DNA of 64,000 bases from Candidatus Heimdallarchaeota archaeon (GTDB taxonomy: Archaea > Asgardarchaeota > Heimdallarchaeia > JABLTI01). Where the stretch lies: assembly GCA_018238155.1 (NCBI GenBank), contig JABCTZ010000017.1, forward strand, positions 32,001 to 96,000, in the 5' to 3' direction. A program made the translations under genes and the position numbers. Shown here piece by piece: positions 39,509-50,103 of the stretch (positions within the stretch are counted from its first letter, which is position 1; every line of letters starts with the position of its first letter). The notes under the pieces were generated by a model. It saw only the letters and a program-made list of their open reading frames with translations, was not told the DNA's origin and did no database searches.

Positions 39509-40474
39509 ATGATAAATGACAAACAGAGAACCATTATCAAATTTGTCAATGTTTCCAAGAATTTCAGGGAAGTAAAAGCTCTAACTGATGTTTCCTTTGA
39601 AATCAATAGAGGAGATATTTTTGGTTATATTGGTCATAATGGTGCAGGTAAAACAACGACACTGAAGATTTTAGTTGGTCTTATTCGTGATTATTCCGGG
39701 GAAGTATTGATTGTTGGTGAATCACTTCAGAACCATTCTGATTTTAGTAATCTTATTGGATATCTCCCACAAGATGTCGGTTTTCAAGAATGGCGAACAG
39801 TTGACCATGCATTGATAACATTTGGTTTATTATCTGGTATGGGGAAATCTGAATTAACGCAACGCATTCCGGAAATTTTGGAAATGGTTGGTTTAACAGA
39901 AGCTCGTCATCGTAAAATTAAATATCTATCTGGTGGTATGCAGCAGAAATTGAAACTTGCTCAAGCACTCCTCCATGATCCACAAGTGCTAATTCTTGAT
40001 GAACCCTTGAGTGGTTTGGATCCCACTAGTAGGTATCAAATGAAGAATATAATCCGAAAATTGGCTGTAAATAAAAAAACAATTCTCTTTTCGTCTCACA
40101 TTCTGGGCGATGTAGCAGATATTGCTACAACAATTGGTATAATTAAAGAGGGAGTTATCCAGCGCATAGGTACCCCTCTTGAACTCCAAAATGAACTTAC
40201 AGAAGGTGACGCTATTGAGCTTGTTGGTCATAATCTTACAACATCCATTGCAAAAATTCAAGCCCTTCCAAATGTCGAACGAGTAGAGCTAGTTTCAAAC
40301 AATCAAGATCGATTGGTGGTGACCTATTCTACTGGTACAAACGTCCAAGAAGTAACAATTCAATTAATGGCTTTTTTGAGTGAAAATAAAATAGCAATAC
40401 AAAATTTCAATTATCTTAAACCATCTCTAGAACAAGTATATTTGAAATATATGGAAGGAGGTACTTCACATTGA
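39509..40474 (+). CDS. ABC transporter ATP-binding protein
   Basis: GHNGAGKTT, LSGGM, LILDEP, SSH. Confidence 0.95.
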   Translation: MINDKQRTIIKFVNVSKNFREVKALTDVSFEINRGDIFGYIGHNGAGKTTTLKILVGLIRDYSGEVLIVGESLQNHSDFSNLIGYLPQDVGFQEWRTVDHALITFGLLSGMGKSELTQRIPEILEMVGLTEARHRKIKYLSGGMQQKLKLAQALLHDPQVLILDEPLSGLDPTSRYQMKNIIRKLAVNKKTILFSSHILGDVADIATTIGIIKEGVIQRIGTPLELQNELTEGDAIELVGHNLTTSIAKIQALPNVERVELVSNNQDRLVVTYSTGTNVQEVTIQLMAFLSENKIAIQNFNYLKPSLEQVYLKYMEGGTSH

Positions 40475-41133
40475 GTTTTGTGATATTATTCTGGGATGAA
40501 CTTCAAGGGTTTGTTAAATCAAAAATTATGTTTGCGTTATGGATTGGCATGCCATTAATGGTTGTCTTAATGCATTTCATTCAACCAGATACAGAAGGAC
40601 TGCCTCTTTCTATTTTAACTGGTATGTTGATTTCTTCAATAGGTGGAGCACTCGCTGCAGTTCTCCTTAGTACTTCAATAGTAAATGAATGCAATGCCAA
40701 AGTATACGATTTATATCTAATTCGACCCGTTAAGCGTCACAATATACTGCTTGCAAAATATTTTGCTGTAATTCTCAATCTATTTATTGCAACCATATTG
40801 AGTTTAGCAATTGGTCTATTAATTGATAAATTTACTATTGGTTTACCTACAGAAGAAGTTCTCATGCCTACTTTAGACTCCCTTGTAATGTCCATCGCAG
40901 CAATGTCAATTGCAAGTGCAATTGGTATTCTCATTGGCATCTTATTGAAATCTGTTGGCTTAGCCGCAATCTTATCTCTCTATTTGGGACAACAACTGTC
41001 TCTTATTGTAATGCTGCCTGGAGTTTACTTTGAAAGCATTAATCTTATGCTCTTTTCAGCTGCAGTAGGAATACCACTAACAATAATAATTATTATAATA
41101 GAAATAATCATTTTTAGTAAGAAGCAATTTTAG
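40471..41133 (+). CDS. ABC-2 type permease
   Basis: Six TM helices, L.RPV.R..ILLAK, overlaps the ATPase gene. Confidence 0.88.
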   Translation: MSFVILFWDELQGFVKSKIMFALWIGMPLMVVLMHFIQPDTEGLPLSILTGMLISSIGGALAAVLLSTSIVNECNAKVYDLYLIRPVKRHNILLAKYFAVILNLFIATILSLAIGLLIDKFTIGLPTEEVLMPTLDSLVMSIAAMSIASAIGILIGILLKSVGLAAILSLYLGQQLSLIVMLPGVYFESINLMLFSAAVGIPLTIIIIIIEIIIFSKKQF

Positions 41134-41366
41134 CTTCTTACCTTATTTTTCATTTTTTACCCCATCAAAAAAAAATTTGAGTGCAAGTATTGCTAATTGA
41201 TAGTTTTTTATTACCAGATTAATAATTGGATTACGATTACTCATTTATTGATTATGATAAAAAAGCTTAATCAAGTAAACAAATGTTTCTTCATTTGTAA
41301 TCGAGATATTTGATTATTTCTCGAGACAATTTCCATCTATTGTATCTATAAGGAGCTATTACAGCA

Positions 41367-42260
41367 ATGGCAAAAACAGCTATAATTACAGATGGGGTTA
41401 ACGACCTCTCAGAAGAAATGATAAATGAATATGATATTATTTCTGTGCCAATGAGAATTTTTTTTGGCGATGAAGAATTTAATATCTGGCATAATGAAAA
41501 ATGCGATATAAGCATTGAAGATTTTACTGCGCGAATAACAAAGAGTACAAAAGATACTCTGCCAAGAACTTCCCTTCCCAAACTAAGTGAATTTTCTAAA
41601 GCATTTGATGAAGCACTTGAGAAAGCAGATTCAATTATTGTTGTGCTCATATCTTCAGGCTTATCTGGAACTGTTCAGGCAGTTCAAACATTAATTGATA
41701 ATTATTATCAAGGAAAAGATATCACCATTTTTGATTCAAAACAAACCATGATTGGAACAGGAATCCAAGCACTTGAAGCAGCTAAAATGGCTAAACAAGG
41801 GAATACAAAGGAAGAAATCCTTGGAAGGCTTGAAGCTATCAATCCACGAGTAAGAACAATTATGGTTATTAATGATCTAAATTTCCTTCACAAAGGAGGA
41901 CGGATAGGTCGAGCAAAGAAGTTAATGGCCTCTGCTCTTAATGTTATTCCTGTAGTTCAAATAAAGGGTGGGATAGTTCATCCCATTGGTTCTTTCAAAG
42001 GAGAAAAGAACTTAACGGAACAACTGAGAAGTTTTTGTCTCAGAATTATGGAGAAGAACGAAACTAATGATATTTTCCTTTATCAGCTCAATCAAGAAAA
42101 TATTACTGGTCAAATATACAACGCAATGCTTGAAGCTAATGGGAATAATGTAAGTGTTCATCATAGTACTGCCGGAGCAATTCTAGGGGTCTATGCTGGT
42201 CCTAAAACCATTTGCTTGAGTTATATTGGTGATTTCAATGAGAAGTGGTTAGTGAAATAA
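41367..42260 (+). CDS. DegV family fatty-acid-binding protein
   Basis: IITD, PRTSLP, ISSGLSGT, DS, L.KGGRIG. Confidence 0.92.
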   Translation: MAKTAIITDGVNDLSEEMINEYDIISVPMRIFFGDEEFNIWHNEKCDISIEDFTARITKSTKDTLPRTSLPKLSEFSKAFDEALEKADSIIVVLISSGLSGTVQAVQTLIDNYYQGKDITIFDSKQTMIGTGIQALEAAKMAKQGNTKEEILGRLEAINPRVRTIMVINDLNFLHKGGRIGRAKKLMASALNVIPVVQIKGGIVHPIGSFKGEKNLTEQLRSFCLRIMEKNETNDIFLYQLNQENITGQIYNAMLEANGNNVSVHHSTAGAILGVYAGPKTICLSYIGDFNEKWLVK

Positions 42261-42262
42261 TC

Positions 42263-42979
42263 CTAACCAATCTCTGTTCCTCTTTTTTTACCCATTGATG
42301 TTTTCTTAATGAGGTTTTCAAAAAGCCTTGTTAGTAATGCAGTAAGCATTGAGAATGTTAAGAGACCTTGTGTTAGATGAAGGAAACCATTTGGACCTAC
42401 AACTAAATCATTCATTAAATTGTTCCAAGGTGGACCGATTGGTATTAGAAGAGCAACAAATACACAAAGTAATACTATGATAGAACCTGCTGTTCTAACA
42501 TCCAATTTGAATACAACTGTTATAAAGATGAACCCAAAGAGGTAGAACATCAATGCTAAAGGTTGAGTGTACGTTAATACTCCCATAAAAACGGCTAATC
42601 CCTGTCCTCCCTTGAATTTTAGGAAAATGGAATAAGTGTGTCCTAAAACACAGAATCCAGGACCGATTATGCATGCCAAAGTATGAAAAATATTGAACCC
42701 CTTTATTACAATATAGTGATCAAGGGAAAAAAGATGATCCATTAATGCAATAACAAGTGCTCCTTTGAAAATATCAAGAAAGAGGATAATTAGTCCAATT
42801 CCCAAACCAAATGTTCTGATTGCATTCATTCCACCAGGATTTCGTGTATGATGTTCTCGTACATCCTGACCTTTAACCAATTTACCTATCCAAACTGAAA
42901 ACGGTATCGCTCCAATAAGATAAGCTCCAAAAAAGGCTAGAATTAGCCATAGTATATCAATAGCTGCCATTTTATTCAA
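42263..42979 (-). CDS. plsY: PlsY-like glycerol-3-phosphate acyltransferase (divergent)
   Basis: YLIGAIPF, DVR....NPG..N..R..G, D..KG, GH..SIFL.FKGG.G. Confidence 0.8.
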   Translation of the reverse strand: MNKMAAIDILWLILAFFGAYLIGAIPFSVWIGKLVKGQDVREHHTRNPGGMNAIRTFGLGIGLIILFLDIFKGALVIALMDHLFSLDHYIVIKGFNIFHTLACIIGPGFCVLGHTYSIFLKFKGGQGLAVFMGVLTYTQPLALMFYLFGFIFITVVFKLDVRTAGSIIVLLCVFVALLIPIGPPWNNLMNDLVVGPNGFLHLTQGLLTFSMLTALLTRLFENLIKKTSMGKKRGTEIG

Positions 42980-43133
42980 ATCGTTAGAAATTATTGGATA
43001 TTGTCAAGTATTAATTTACACATCTTTAATAATAGCGATTCTACGGGTTATGTAAAAAAAATCTACATTTGGTTTTCTCTGATAAAAAGTAGAATGAGGA
43101 ATTTGAAAAATGCGCAAGCGCTTTTCCTCACAC

Positions 43134-44090
43134 TTATATTTCAACATATTCTAATATTTTAGTGTTGAACTCAAGCACCTTAATCTGGTCGTAGGTGACA
43201 TTAGAGAAAATATTAGCAAAAGCCCAGAAAGCACTATTTGTTGAAATAATAGCATTAAAGTTGCTGAGATTATAATTAATATGAACACGATAATTGGTGT
43301 TAGTTTCTAGGAATGAAATAAATTCCCTAATTTTATTCCCATCATCTTTGTTAGAGAAAACGATAAGATTCTTAGCTCCTTGGCTAATGAAATCCAAAAT
43401 AGCTAATTTGGTTGGATCGAGATTGCGATCTAAATTCTTGAACTGATAATTGAGCATATCAATAGAATTTGTAACATATTTGCCAAGGGGAGTTAGATAA
43501 TAGGGGCCAAAGCGTTTCTCTTTATAGGTTAAACCCAGATAACCACCAATCTTACAGAGAACATTTTCAACATTCATTTCATTGAAAGGACGACGACCAC
43601 CACGGAATGAAACACCTTTGAACATTTGAGCTGTTTCTTTGGTATGGTAGAGGAGTTGCTCTCCTAAAGTGGAACGAAGACGATTGAGATCTGCTCCTGG
43701 GTTTTCTAGAAGATATTTAAGGAAAATCTTAAGCGGCAACCAAGTAAGAAAGAATGGTATGAGAGGTTGAACGAGATTTTGGCTCTTATCGCGAGTTTCA
43801 AGTAAATATTTACTAAAATTAGTTAAAGAGAAATAATCAGTAGTAGTATCAGGATCAAAACGAGCTTTGATAATACCAATATGTTGGAAGAGATTATAGA
43901 TAGTCTTTGAAACATCTGATTTGTGTCCAAGAATTTCTTTACCCATTGCAGCTGAAAGCTCATCCACTTCAAGCATTTTTTCAAGTAAAGGTTCAACATA
44001 GCGTAATTCTGCAAAGGCTGTTCCGGAAGATTCAAGATATGCCTGAACAGCAACATATTTCGGTAAAATCATTTTTTTCCCTTCAAACAT
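43134..44090 (-). CDS. Hypothetical protein with probable tandem winged-helix domains
   Basis: Two wing-like motifs YFSLTNFSK and YYLTPLGK. Confidence 0.6.
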   Translation of the reverse strand: MFEGKKMILPKYVAVQAYLESSGTAFAELRYVEPLLEKMLEVDELSAAMGKEILGHKSDVSKTIYNLFQHIGIIKARFDPDTTTDYFSLTNFSKYLLETRDKSQNLVQPLIPFFLTWLPLKIFLKYLLENPGADLNRLRSTLGEQLLYHTKETAQMFKGVSFRGGRRPFNEMNVENVLCKIGGYLGLTYKEKRFGPYYLTPLGKYVTNSIDMLNYQFKNLDRNLDPTKLAILDFISQGAKNLIVFSNKDDGNKIREFISFLETNTNYRVHINYNLSNFNAIISTNSAFWAFANIFSNVTYDQIKVLEFNTKILEYVEI

Positions 44091-44195
44091 ACACGCTATG
44101 TGTGCTATGAGCTTATGCGTTATATTTTTATTGTGAAAATCGCTGTTATTGTAGGGAATAACATTCTATTCTTTAGACATGAGAAGGGCAAAACA

Positions 44196-46000
44196 ATGAC
44201 AAGAATAATTATTAAAAAAAACATCTTAGCTATACTTGTTATAGTGTGTATAATGGCTGCTCCGTTTTATGGAGAAAAAAAAAAACGGTCGGAAAAAATC
44301 CCGAACCATACTTTTCAATAAGTATTCTCTGTCCTAATACCAACCCATCGAGAAACCAATGGGCATCATTGATGGTTGAACAATTACCAAAGATAGGTAT
44401 TGCCGTGGATATCTTTGATCATACCGGATGGGCGCAAATCTCCCCCCGCGTTTGGGGGCATCCTGGTCCATATCCAATACCAACATACGCCGAGGGAGGA
44501 TACGATATTTTCTTTATAAGTTGGTCCTGGGGTCTCGATTGGGATCCAACAGGTCTTTATGACAGTCCAGCAATTACACCAGATGGCAATAACTTTTATC
44601 AATACGATAATCCAGCAATGGACAACGCAATTGGTAATTACATTTCTTCATTCGTTCTAGCAGATAGAATTGAATGGGCTGAAGAAATCCAAGCAATTCT
44701 CTATGAAGACTTGCCAGAAATTTCCCTTATTTACCCATTATCAGTCTATCCTCACGTTGAAGGTGTTGCAGACTTTAGTGGATTGTTATGGGCTTCAACT
44801 CAATATCCATTCTTCGAAATGACTATTACAGGTGAAACTGATTTTCATTACGCCATTCCTGCAGACTTTGTAGATTTCCATCCTCATACTTATGCCTCCA
44901 ATTATGATGCTCAATGGTTGCGACAAATTTACAATGGTCTAATTCAAAGAGACCCATCAATAAACAATGGGTATGCTCCTTGGTTAGCTGAATCCTTCAG
45001 TAGTCCAGATGGTATAATTTATACTGTTGTCATCAAAGACGATGCTTGCTGGGCTGATGGCACTGATTTAACCTCTGTAGATGTTGAATACAACTATCAA
45101 TTAGCTGTTACTCAATCTTTAGGCGGAAATAGATACTCAACCAACATCAAGTACTGGGACAATAACTCCATTGAAATCATAAATAACAAAGAATTCACCA
45201 TTACATTCAAACAAGCATATGTTTTCCAAGATGGAAATTTAGCTCTGGACTTGATTCCAGAACATATTTGGGGTGCAATTGCTCCCGCGAATCACGAAGC
45301 AACATCAATTAACTGGACAAAAAATCACCCCGAAAAAATGTTCGGTGCTGGTCCTTACATGTTAGCTGATTATGATGCTACAAATCGTGTCATTCAATTA
45401 GAAGCAAATTCACATTTTACCGATTGGTATGGTGCAGAACCAAGCTTTGATAATATCTACTTCGAGTTCTATGGTAGTAAAGAAGGTGCATTGGCAGCTC
45501 TTGCTGCTGGTACTATAGACATGGTTGATGCTCAATACAGTCCTCAATTAGATGAGCTTGACATTGCAGGCGCTACTTATACATTAGTTGAAAATCCTGG
45601 TGTGCATGAAATCGCAGTTAATATGAAACATCCTTATCTTGGCACAGGTGAACTATGCCCAATTGCTGGTACAGAATCAGCAAAATTCATTAGAAAAGCT
45701 ATCTCTCATATGGTTCCAAGAGAAATCATCGTAGAAGAAATTCTCAATGGTCTTGGCACACCTGGAACAACTGGTTGTCCAAATGTTGCCATTGGTTACG
45801 ACATCACTCTAGTACCTTATGAATATAGTATTAACCTTGCTTTGCAATATATGGCTCAAGCTGGTTTTGGCGTCACTCTTCCATCAACTACTGCACTAAC
45901 AAGCCCGTCATCTATTGTAGGGATTGCTATACCAATAATTCTAAGTATCTTTGCGCTAATTGGTGGTACAATATTTGTCATAAATAAAAGAAAGAGATAA
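44196..46000 (+). CDS. Circularly permuted family-5 ABC substrate-binding protein, copy 1 (frameshift in A11 run after the signal peptide)
   Basis: Signal peptide from ATG 44196 is out of frame with the body at A11 (44275-44285); WADG.DLT..D, GAGPY; C-terminal TM. Confidence 0.8.
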
Positions 46001-46302
46001 TCTTCTTTTATTTCTTCCATTTTTTATCACTCTTTCAATTTGTACAAAGAACTGTTTTTTATTGAATTAATATTAGAATTACAATAATTGCTTTTCTCGA
46101 AGAGATGTATTCAATTCTTGCACTTTAAACCAAAAGATATGAGTGTATTTCATATAAATTAAGAGAAAAAAATGATTATATTCTTTTACATCAATACATG
46201 CTTTTTTTGTCTAGGGGTAAATAGGTTATCTTTTTATTATCAAAAGTACTACCATAATTTAGGAAAAAATCATTTCTTTAATTTTTGAGAGAGATTAAAA
46301 AT

Positions 46303-48120
46303 ATGAGAAAAATTACACAAAAAAACATTCTTGTTATGCTTGTTTTAGCAAGTTTTATAATTGCTCCATTATATGGCGAAAAAAAAATAACTGGAGAAAA
46401 TCCTGGACCATATTTTTCAATAAGTCTTCTCTGTCCAAATACAAGCCCAGCGAGAAATCAATGGGCATCATTGATGGTTGAACAATTACCAAAGATAGGT
46501 ATTGCCGTGGATATCTTTGATCATACCGGATGGGCGCAAATCTCCCCCCGCGTTTGGGGGCATCCTGGTCCATATCCCATTCCAACGTACGCCGAGGGAG
46601 GTTATGATATTCTTTTCGTAGGTTGGAGTGGTGGTCTTGATTGGGATCCAACAGGACTTTATGACAGTCCATCCATTACTCCAAATGGTGATAACTTCTA
46701 TCAATACAACAATCCAGTAATGGATAACGCAATTGGCAATTACACCTCTTCATTCGTTCTAGCAGATAGAATCGAATGGCTTGAAGAAATCCAAGCAATT
46801 CTCTATGAAGATAACCCAAGTATACCAATAATTTATCCTTTGGAAGTTTATCCGCACAATGAAAACGTCACTAATTTCTCAGGATTATTGTGGTCTGAAG
46901 AATATCATCCATTTTATAAAATGTTTATCCCAGGTGAGACCGAATTTCATTACGCTACACCTGCACACTTTGAAGATTTCCATCCCTATATTTTTGAGTC
47001 TGTTTATGATGCTCAATGGTTGCGACAAATCTATAATGGTTTACTTCAAAGAGACTCATCAATCAACAATGGATATTCTCCATGGCTTTGTGAATCTTTC
47101 AGTAGTTCTGACGGTTTAACCTACAATGTTGTCATCAAAACTGATGCTTGTTGGGCTGATGGCACAGATTTAACCACAGATGACATTATTTACAACTATC
47201 AATTAGCTGTTACTCAATCTTTAGCCGGAACCAGCTACTCATCCAACATAAAGTATTGGGATAACAGTTCCATTACTAAAACAAACGACAAGGAATTCTC
47301 CATTACATTCAAACAAGCATATGTTTTCCAAGACGGCAATTTAGCGCTCGATTTGATTCCAGAACACATTTGGGGTGCAATTGCTCCCGCAGATCATGAA
47401 GCAGCTTCTATTAACTGGACCAACAATCACCCTGAAAAAATGTTCGGTGCTGGTCCATATATGCTTGATGACTATAATGCTACAAATGGTGTTATCCAAT
47501 TAGAAGCTAATCCACACTTTACTGATTGGCATGGAGCTGCTCCAAGTTTTGATGACATCTACTTCGAATATAAAAGCTCTAAAGAAGCTGCATTAGCAGC
47601 ACTTGCTGCTGGTACTATAGACATGGTTGATGCTCAATTCAGCCCTCAATTAAATGAACTTAATCTCCCAGGTGTATCATACACTCTTGTCGATGACCCT
47701 GGTGTACAAGAGATGGTTATTAATATGGAACATCCCTATCTTGGCACAGGAGATCTCTGTCCAAACGCAGGCAAACAATCTGCAAGGTATATTAGAAAAG
47801 CGATAAGCCATATCCTTCCGAGGGAAATGATCTGTAATGAAATCCTTAACGGTTTAGGTCGTCCAGGTGTTACGGCATGTCCCAGTGTAGCAATAGGTTT
47901 TGATGATTCATTAGACTATTATGAATATTCTATTGAAACAGCACTTCAATACATGGCTCTAGCTGGTTTTGATGCACCTGTTCCAACTCCTACTCCAACC
48001 CCTACTCCTACCACATCAACAAATTCCTCTTTCAATATTGGAATTGCTGTGCCAGTAATCATAGGTATCTTTGCACTAATTGGAAGTTCAATATTGATAG
48101 TAAATAAAAGAAGAAAATAA
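46303..48120 (+). CDS. Circularly permuted family-5 ABC substrate-binding protein, copy 2
   Basis: Intact paralog with signal peptide, PT-repeat linker, TM and KRRK tail. Confidence 0.9.
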   Translation: MRKITQKNILVMLVLASFIIAPLYGEKKITGENPGPYFSISLLCPNTSPARNQWASLMVEQLPKIGIAVDIFDHTGWAQISPRVWGHPGPYPIPTYAEGGYDILFVGWSGGLDWDPTGLYDSPSITPNGDNFYQYNNPVMDNAIGNYTSSFVLADRIEWLEEIQAILYEDNPSIPIIYPLEVYPHNENVTNFSGLLWSEEYHPFYKMFIPGETEFHYATPAHFEDFHPYIFESVYDAQWLRQIYNGLLQRDSSINNGYSPWLCESFSSSDGLTYNVVIKTDACWADGTDLTTDDIIYNYQLAVTQSLAGTSYSSNIKYWDNSSITKTNDKEFSITFKQAYVFQDGNLALDLIPEHIWGAIAPADHEAASINWTNNHPEKMFGAGPYMLDDYNATNGVIQLEANPHFTDWHGAAPSFDDIYFEYKSSKEAALAALAAGTIDMVDAQFSPQLNELNLPGVSYTLVDDPGVQEMVINMEHPYLGTGDLCPNAGKQSARYIRKAISHILPREMICNEILNGLGRPGVTACPSVAIGFDDSLDYYEYSIETALQYMALAGFDAPVPTPTPTPTPTTSTNSSFNIGIAVPVIIGIFALIGSSILIVNKRRK

Positions 48121-48249
48121 TCTTCTTTTCTCATTCTTTTTTTCACTGATCTTTTAGCTTGAAAGATGCTCTATCTTCAATTTATTGAAGAAAAACAAAT
48201 AAACAAAGTGATTAATACACTATATCAGAAATCACAGGTATCGGAAAAA

Positions 48250-50052
48250 ATGAATGCAAAATACTTCGGGAGAAAAACAATTCATTTATTTCTAATAGTT
48301 GGTCTTTTGTTTGTTCCATATCAACAACTTCTCAATATTGCTGAAGGTAATCCTGAACCATTTTTCAGTATTAGCATTTTGGCTCCGAATTCTGGAACTG
48401 CAAGACTTCAATGGCATACACTTATGTTTGAACAATTACCAAAGATAGGTATTGCAGTAGATACATTCGACCACACTGGTTGGGCACAAATTAGTCCAAG
48501 AACTTGGGGCTATCCTGGACCATATCCAATACCGACGTACGCCGAGGGAGGTTACGATATTCTATTCTTAGGTTGGGGCGGGGGTTTCGATTGGGATCCA
48601 GCCGGTTTATATGACAGTCCATCCATTATTCCAAACGGTGATAACTTCTATCAATATAACAATCCAGCAATGGATGCTGCCATTACCAGTTACACATCTT
48701 CCTTTACTCTAACTGATAGGAATAAATATGCCGGTGAAATTCAATCCTTGCTCTATGAAGATTTACCACAAATAAGCATTATTTATTCATTAGGCTGCTA
48801 TTCTCATGATCCCAATATTACTAATTTTGAAGCATTACTTTGGGCAGGTGCCTATTATCCGTTTCACAATCTATCAATACCTGGTCAAACAAGCTTCACA
48901 TATGCCACTCCCGCTGACTTTGAAGATTTCCACCCTTTTATATACGAATCCGTTTATGATGCTCAATGGTTGTTGCAAATCTACAATGGATTACTTCAAA
49001 GAGATCCAATATTGGATAATAGCTATGGACCTTGGCTTGCTGAATCGGTTAGTAGCACTGACGGTGTAACCTACGATGTAGTCATCAAAGATGACGCTTG
49101 TTGGGCAGATGGAGTAGATCTAACCACTGATGATATTATTTACAACTATCAATTAGCTGTTAATCCATCATTAAATGGAATCAGCTACTCAACCAACATA
49201 AAGTACTGGGATAATGATTCTATCACTAAGATAAATGACAAAGAATTTTCAATTACTTTCAAACAATCGTATGTTTTTCAAGATAACAATTTAGCGCTCA
49301 ATTTACTTCCAGAACACATTTGGAGTGCAATTGCCCCTGCAGATCACAAAGCAACATCTATTAACTGGACCAATAATTACCCCGAAAAGATGTTTGGTGC
49401 TGGTCCTTACATGTTAGCTGATTATGATGCTACAAATCGTGTCATTCACTTGACAGCCAACCCCCAATTTGCTGACTGGTTTGGTGCTGCCCCGAGTTTC
49501 GATGATATCTACTTTGAGTTCTTTAATACTAAAGTTGGTGCATTAGCTGCCCTTTCTGCAGAAACCATAGATATGGTTGATTCTCAATTTTCTCCGCAAA
49601 TAGCTGAATTAGCTATTCCAAATGTTAGTTACACTTTGGTTGATGATCCTGGAATACAAGAGATAGCTATCAACATGGAACATCCCTATCTTGGCACCGG
49701 AATGCTCTGTCCAATAGCTGGGACAGAGTCAGCTAAACACATTCGAAAAGCTATTAGTTATATGGTGCCCAGACAAATAATCGTCAACGAAATTCTCAAT
49801 GGTCTTGGCGTTCCTGCAACAACAGGTTGTCCCCGAGTTGCCGTTGGGTATAATCATTCTTTGATTCCATACGAATATGATATTGAGCTTGCCAAGTATC
49901 ATATGAACCAAGCTGGTTTCGAAATCTCCTATACACTTCCTGCAAGCCCCAATAGCTATGTTATTTCTTTATCCTTCAGTTTTATGGTTATTATGTTTGG
50001 GCTGCTTGGTGTGGGTCTTTGGATTACTCGAAAAAATTCATTTAAGAAATAG
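48250..50052 (+). CDS. Circularly permuted family-5 ABC substrate-binding protein, copy 3
   Basis: Intact paralog with the same motifs and C-terminal TM. Confidence 0.9.
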   Translation: MNAKYFGRKTIHLFLIVGLLFVPYQQLLNIAEGNPEPFFSISILAPNSGTARLQWHTLMFEQLPKIGIAVDTFDHTGWAQISPRTWGYPGPYPIPTYAEGGYDILFLGWGGGFDWDPAGLYDSPSIIPNGDNFYQYNNPAMDAAITSYTSSFTLTDRNKYAGEIQSLLYEDLPQISIIYSLGCYSHDPNITNFEALLWAGAYYPFHNLSIPGQTSFTYATPADFEDFHPFIYESVYDAQWLLQIYNGLLQRDPILDNSYGPWLAESVSSTDGVTYDVVIKDDACWADGVDLTTDDIIYNYQLAVNPSLNGISYSTNIKYWDNDSITKINDKEFSITFKQSYVFQDNNLALNLLPEHIWSAIAPADHKATSINWTNNYPEKMFGAGPYMLADYDATNRVIHLTANPQFADWFGAAPSFDDIYFEFFNTKVGALAALSAETIDMVDSQFSPQIAELAIPNVSYTLVDDPGIQEIAINMEHPYLGTGMLCPIAGTESAKHIRKAISYMVPRQIIVNEILNGLGVPATTGCPRVAVGYNHSLIPYEYDIELAKYHMNQAGFEISYTLPASPNSYVISLSFSFMVIMFGLLGVGLWITRKNSFKK

Positions 50053-50103
50053 AGAACATCTAAAATACTTTTTATTGTTAATACATAATTAAATGCTGTC
50101 AGA

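Noticed and set aside
47980-48020. Short tandem repeat or CRISPR-like array
   Set aside because: It encodes the PTPTPT linker of the binding protein; there are no spacers or cas genes.
44196-50052. Diversity-generating retroelement behind the repeated segments
   Set aside because: No reverse transcriptase in the window, the repeats are all within coding paralogs, and the differences do not look adenine-specific.
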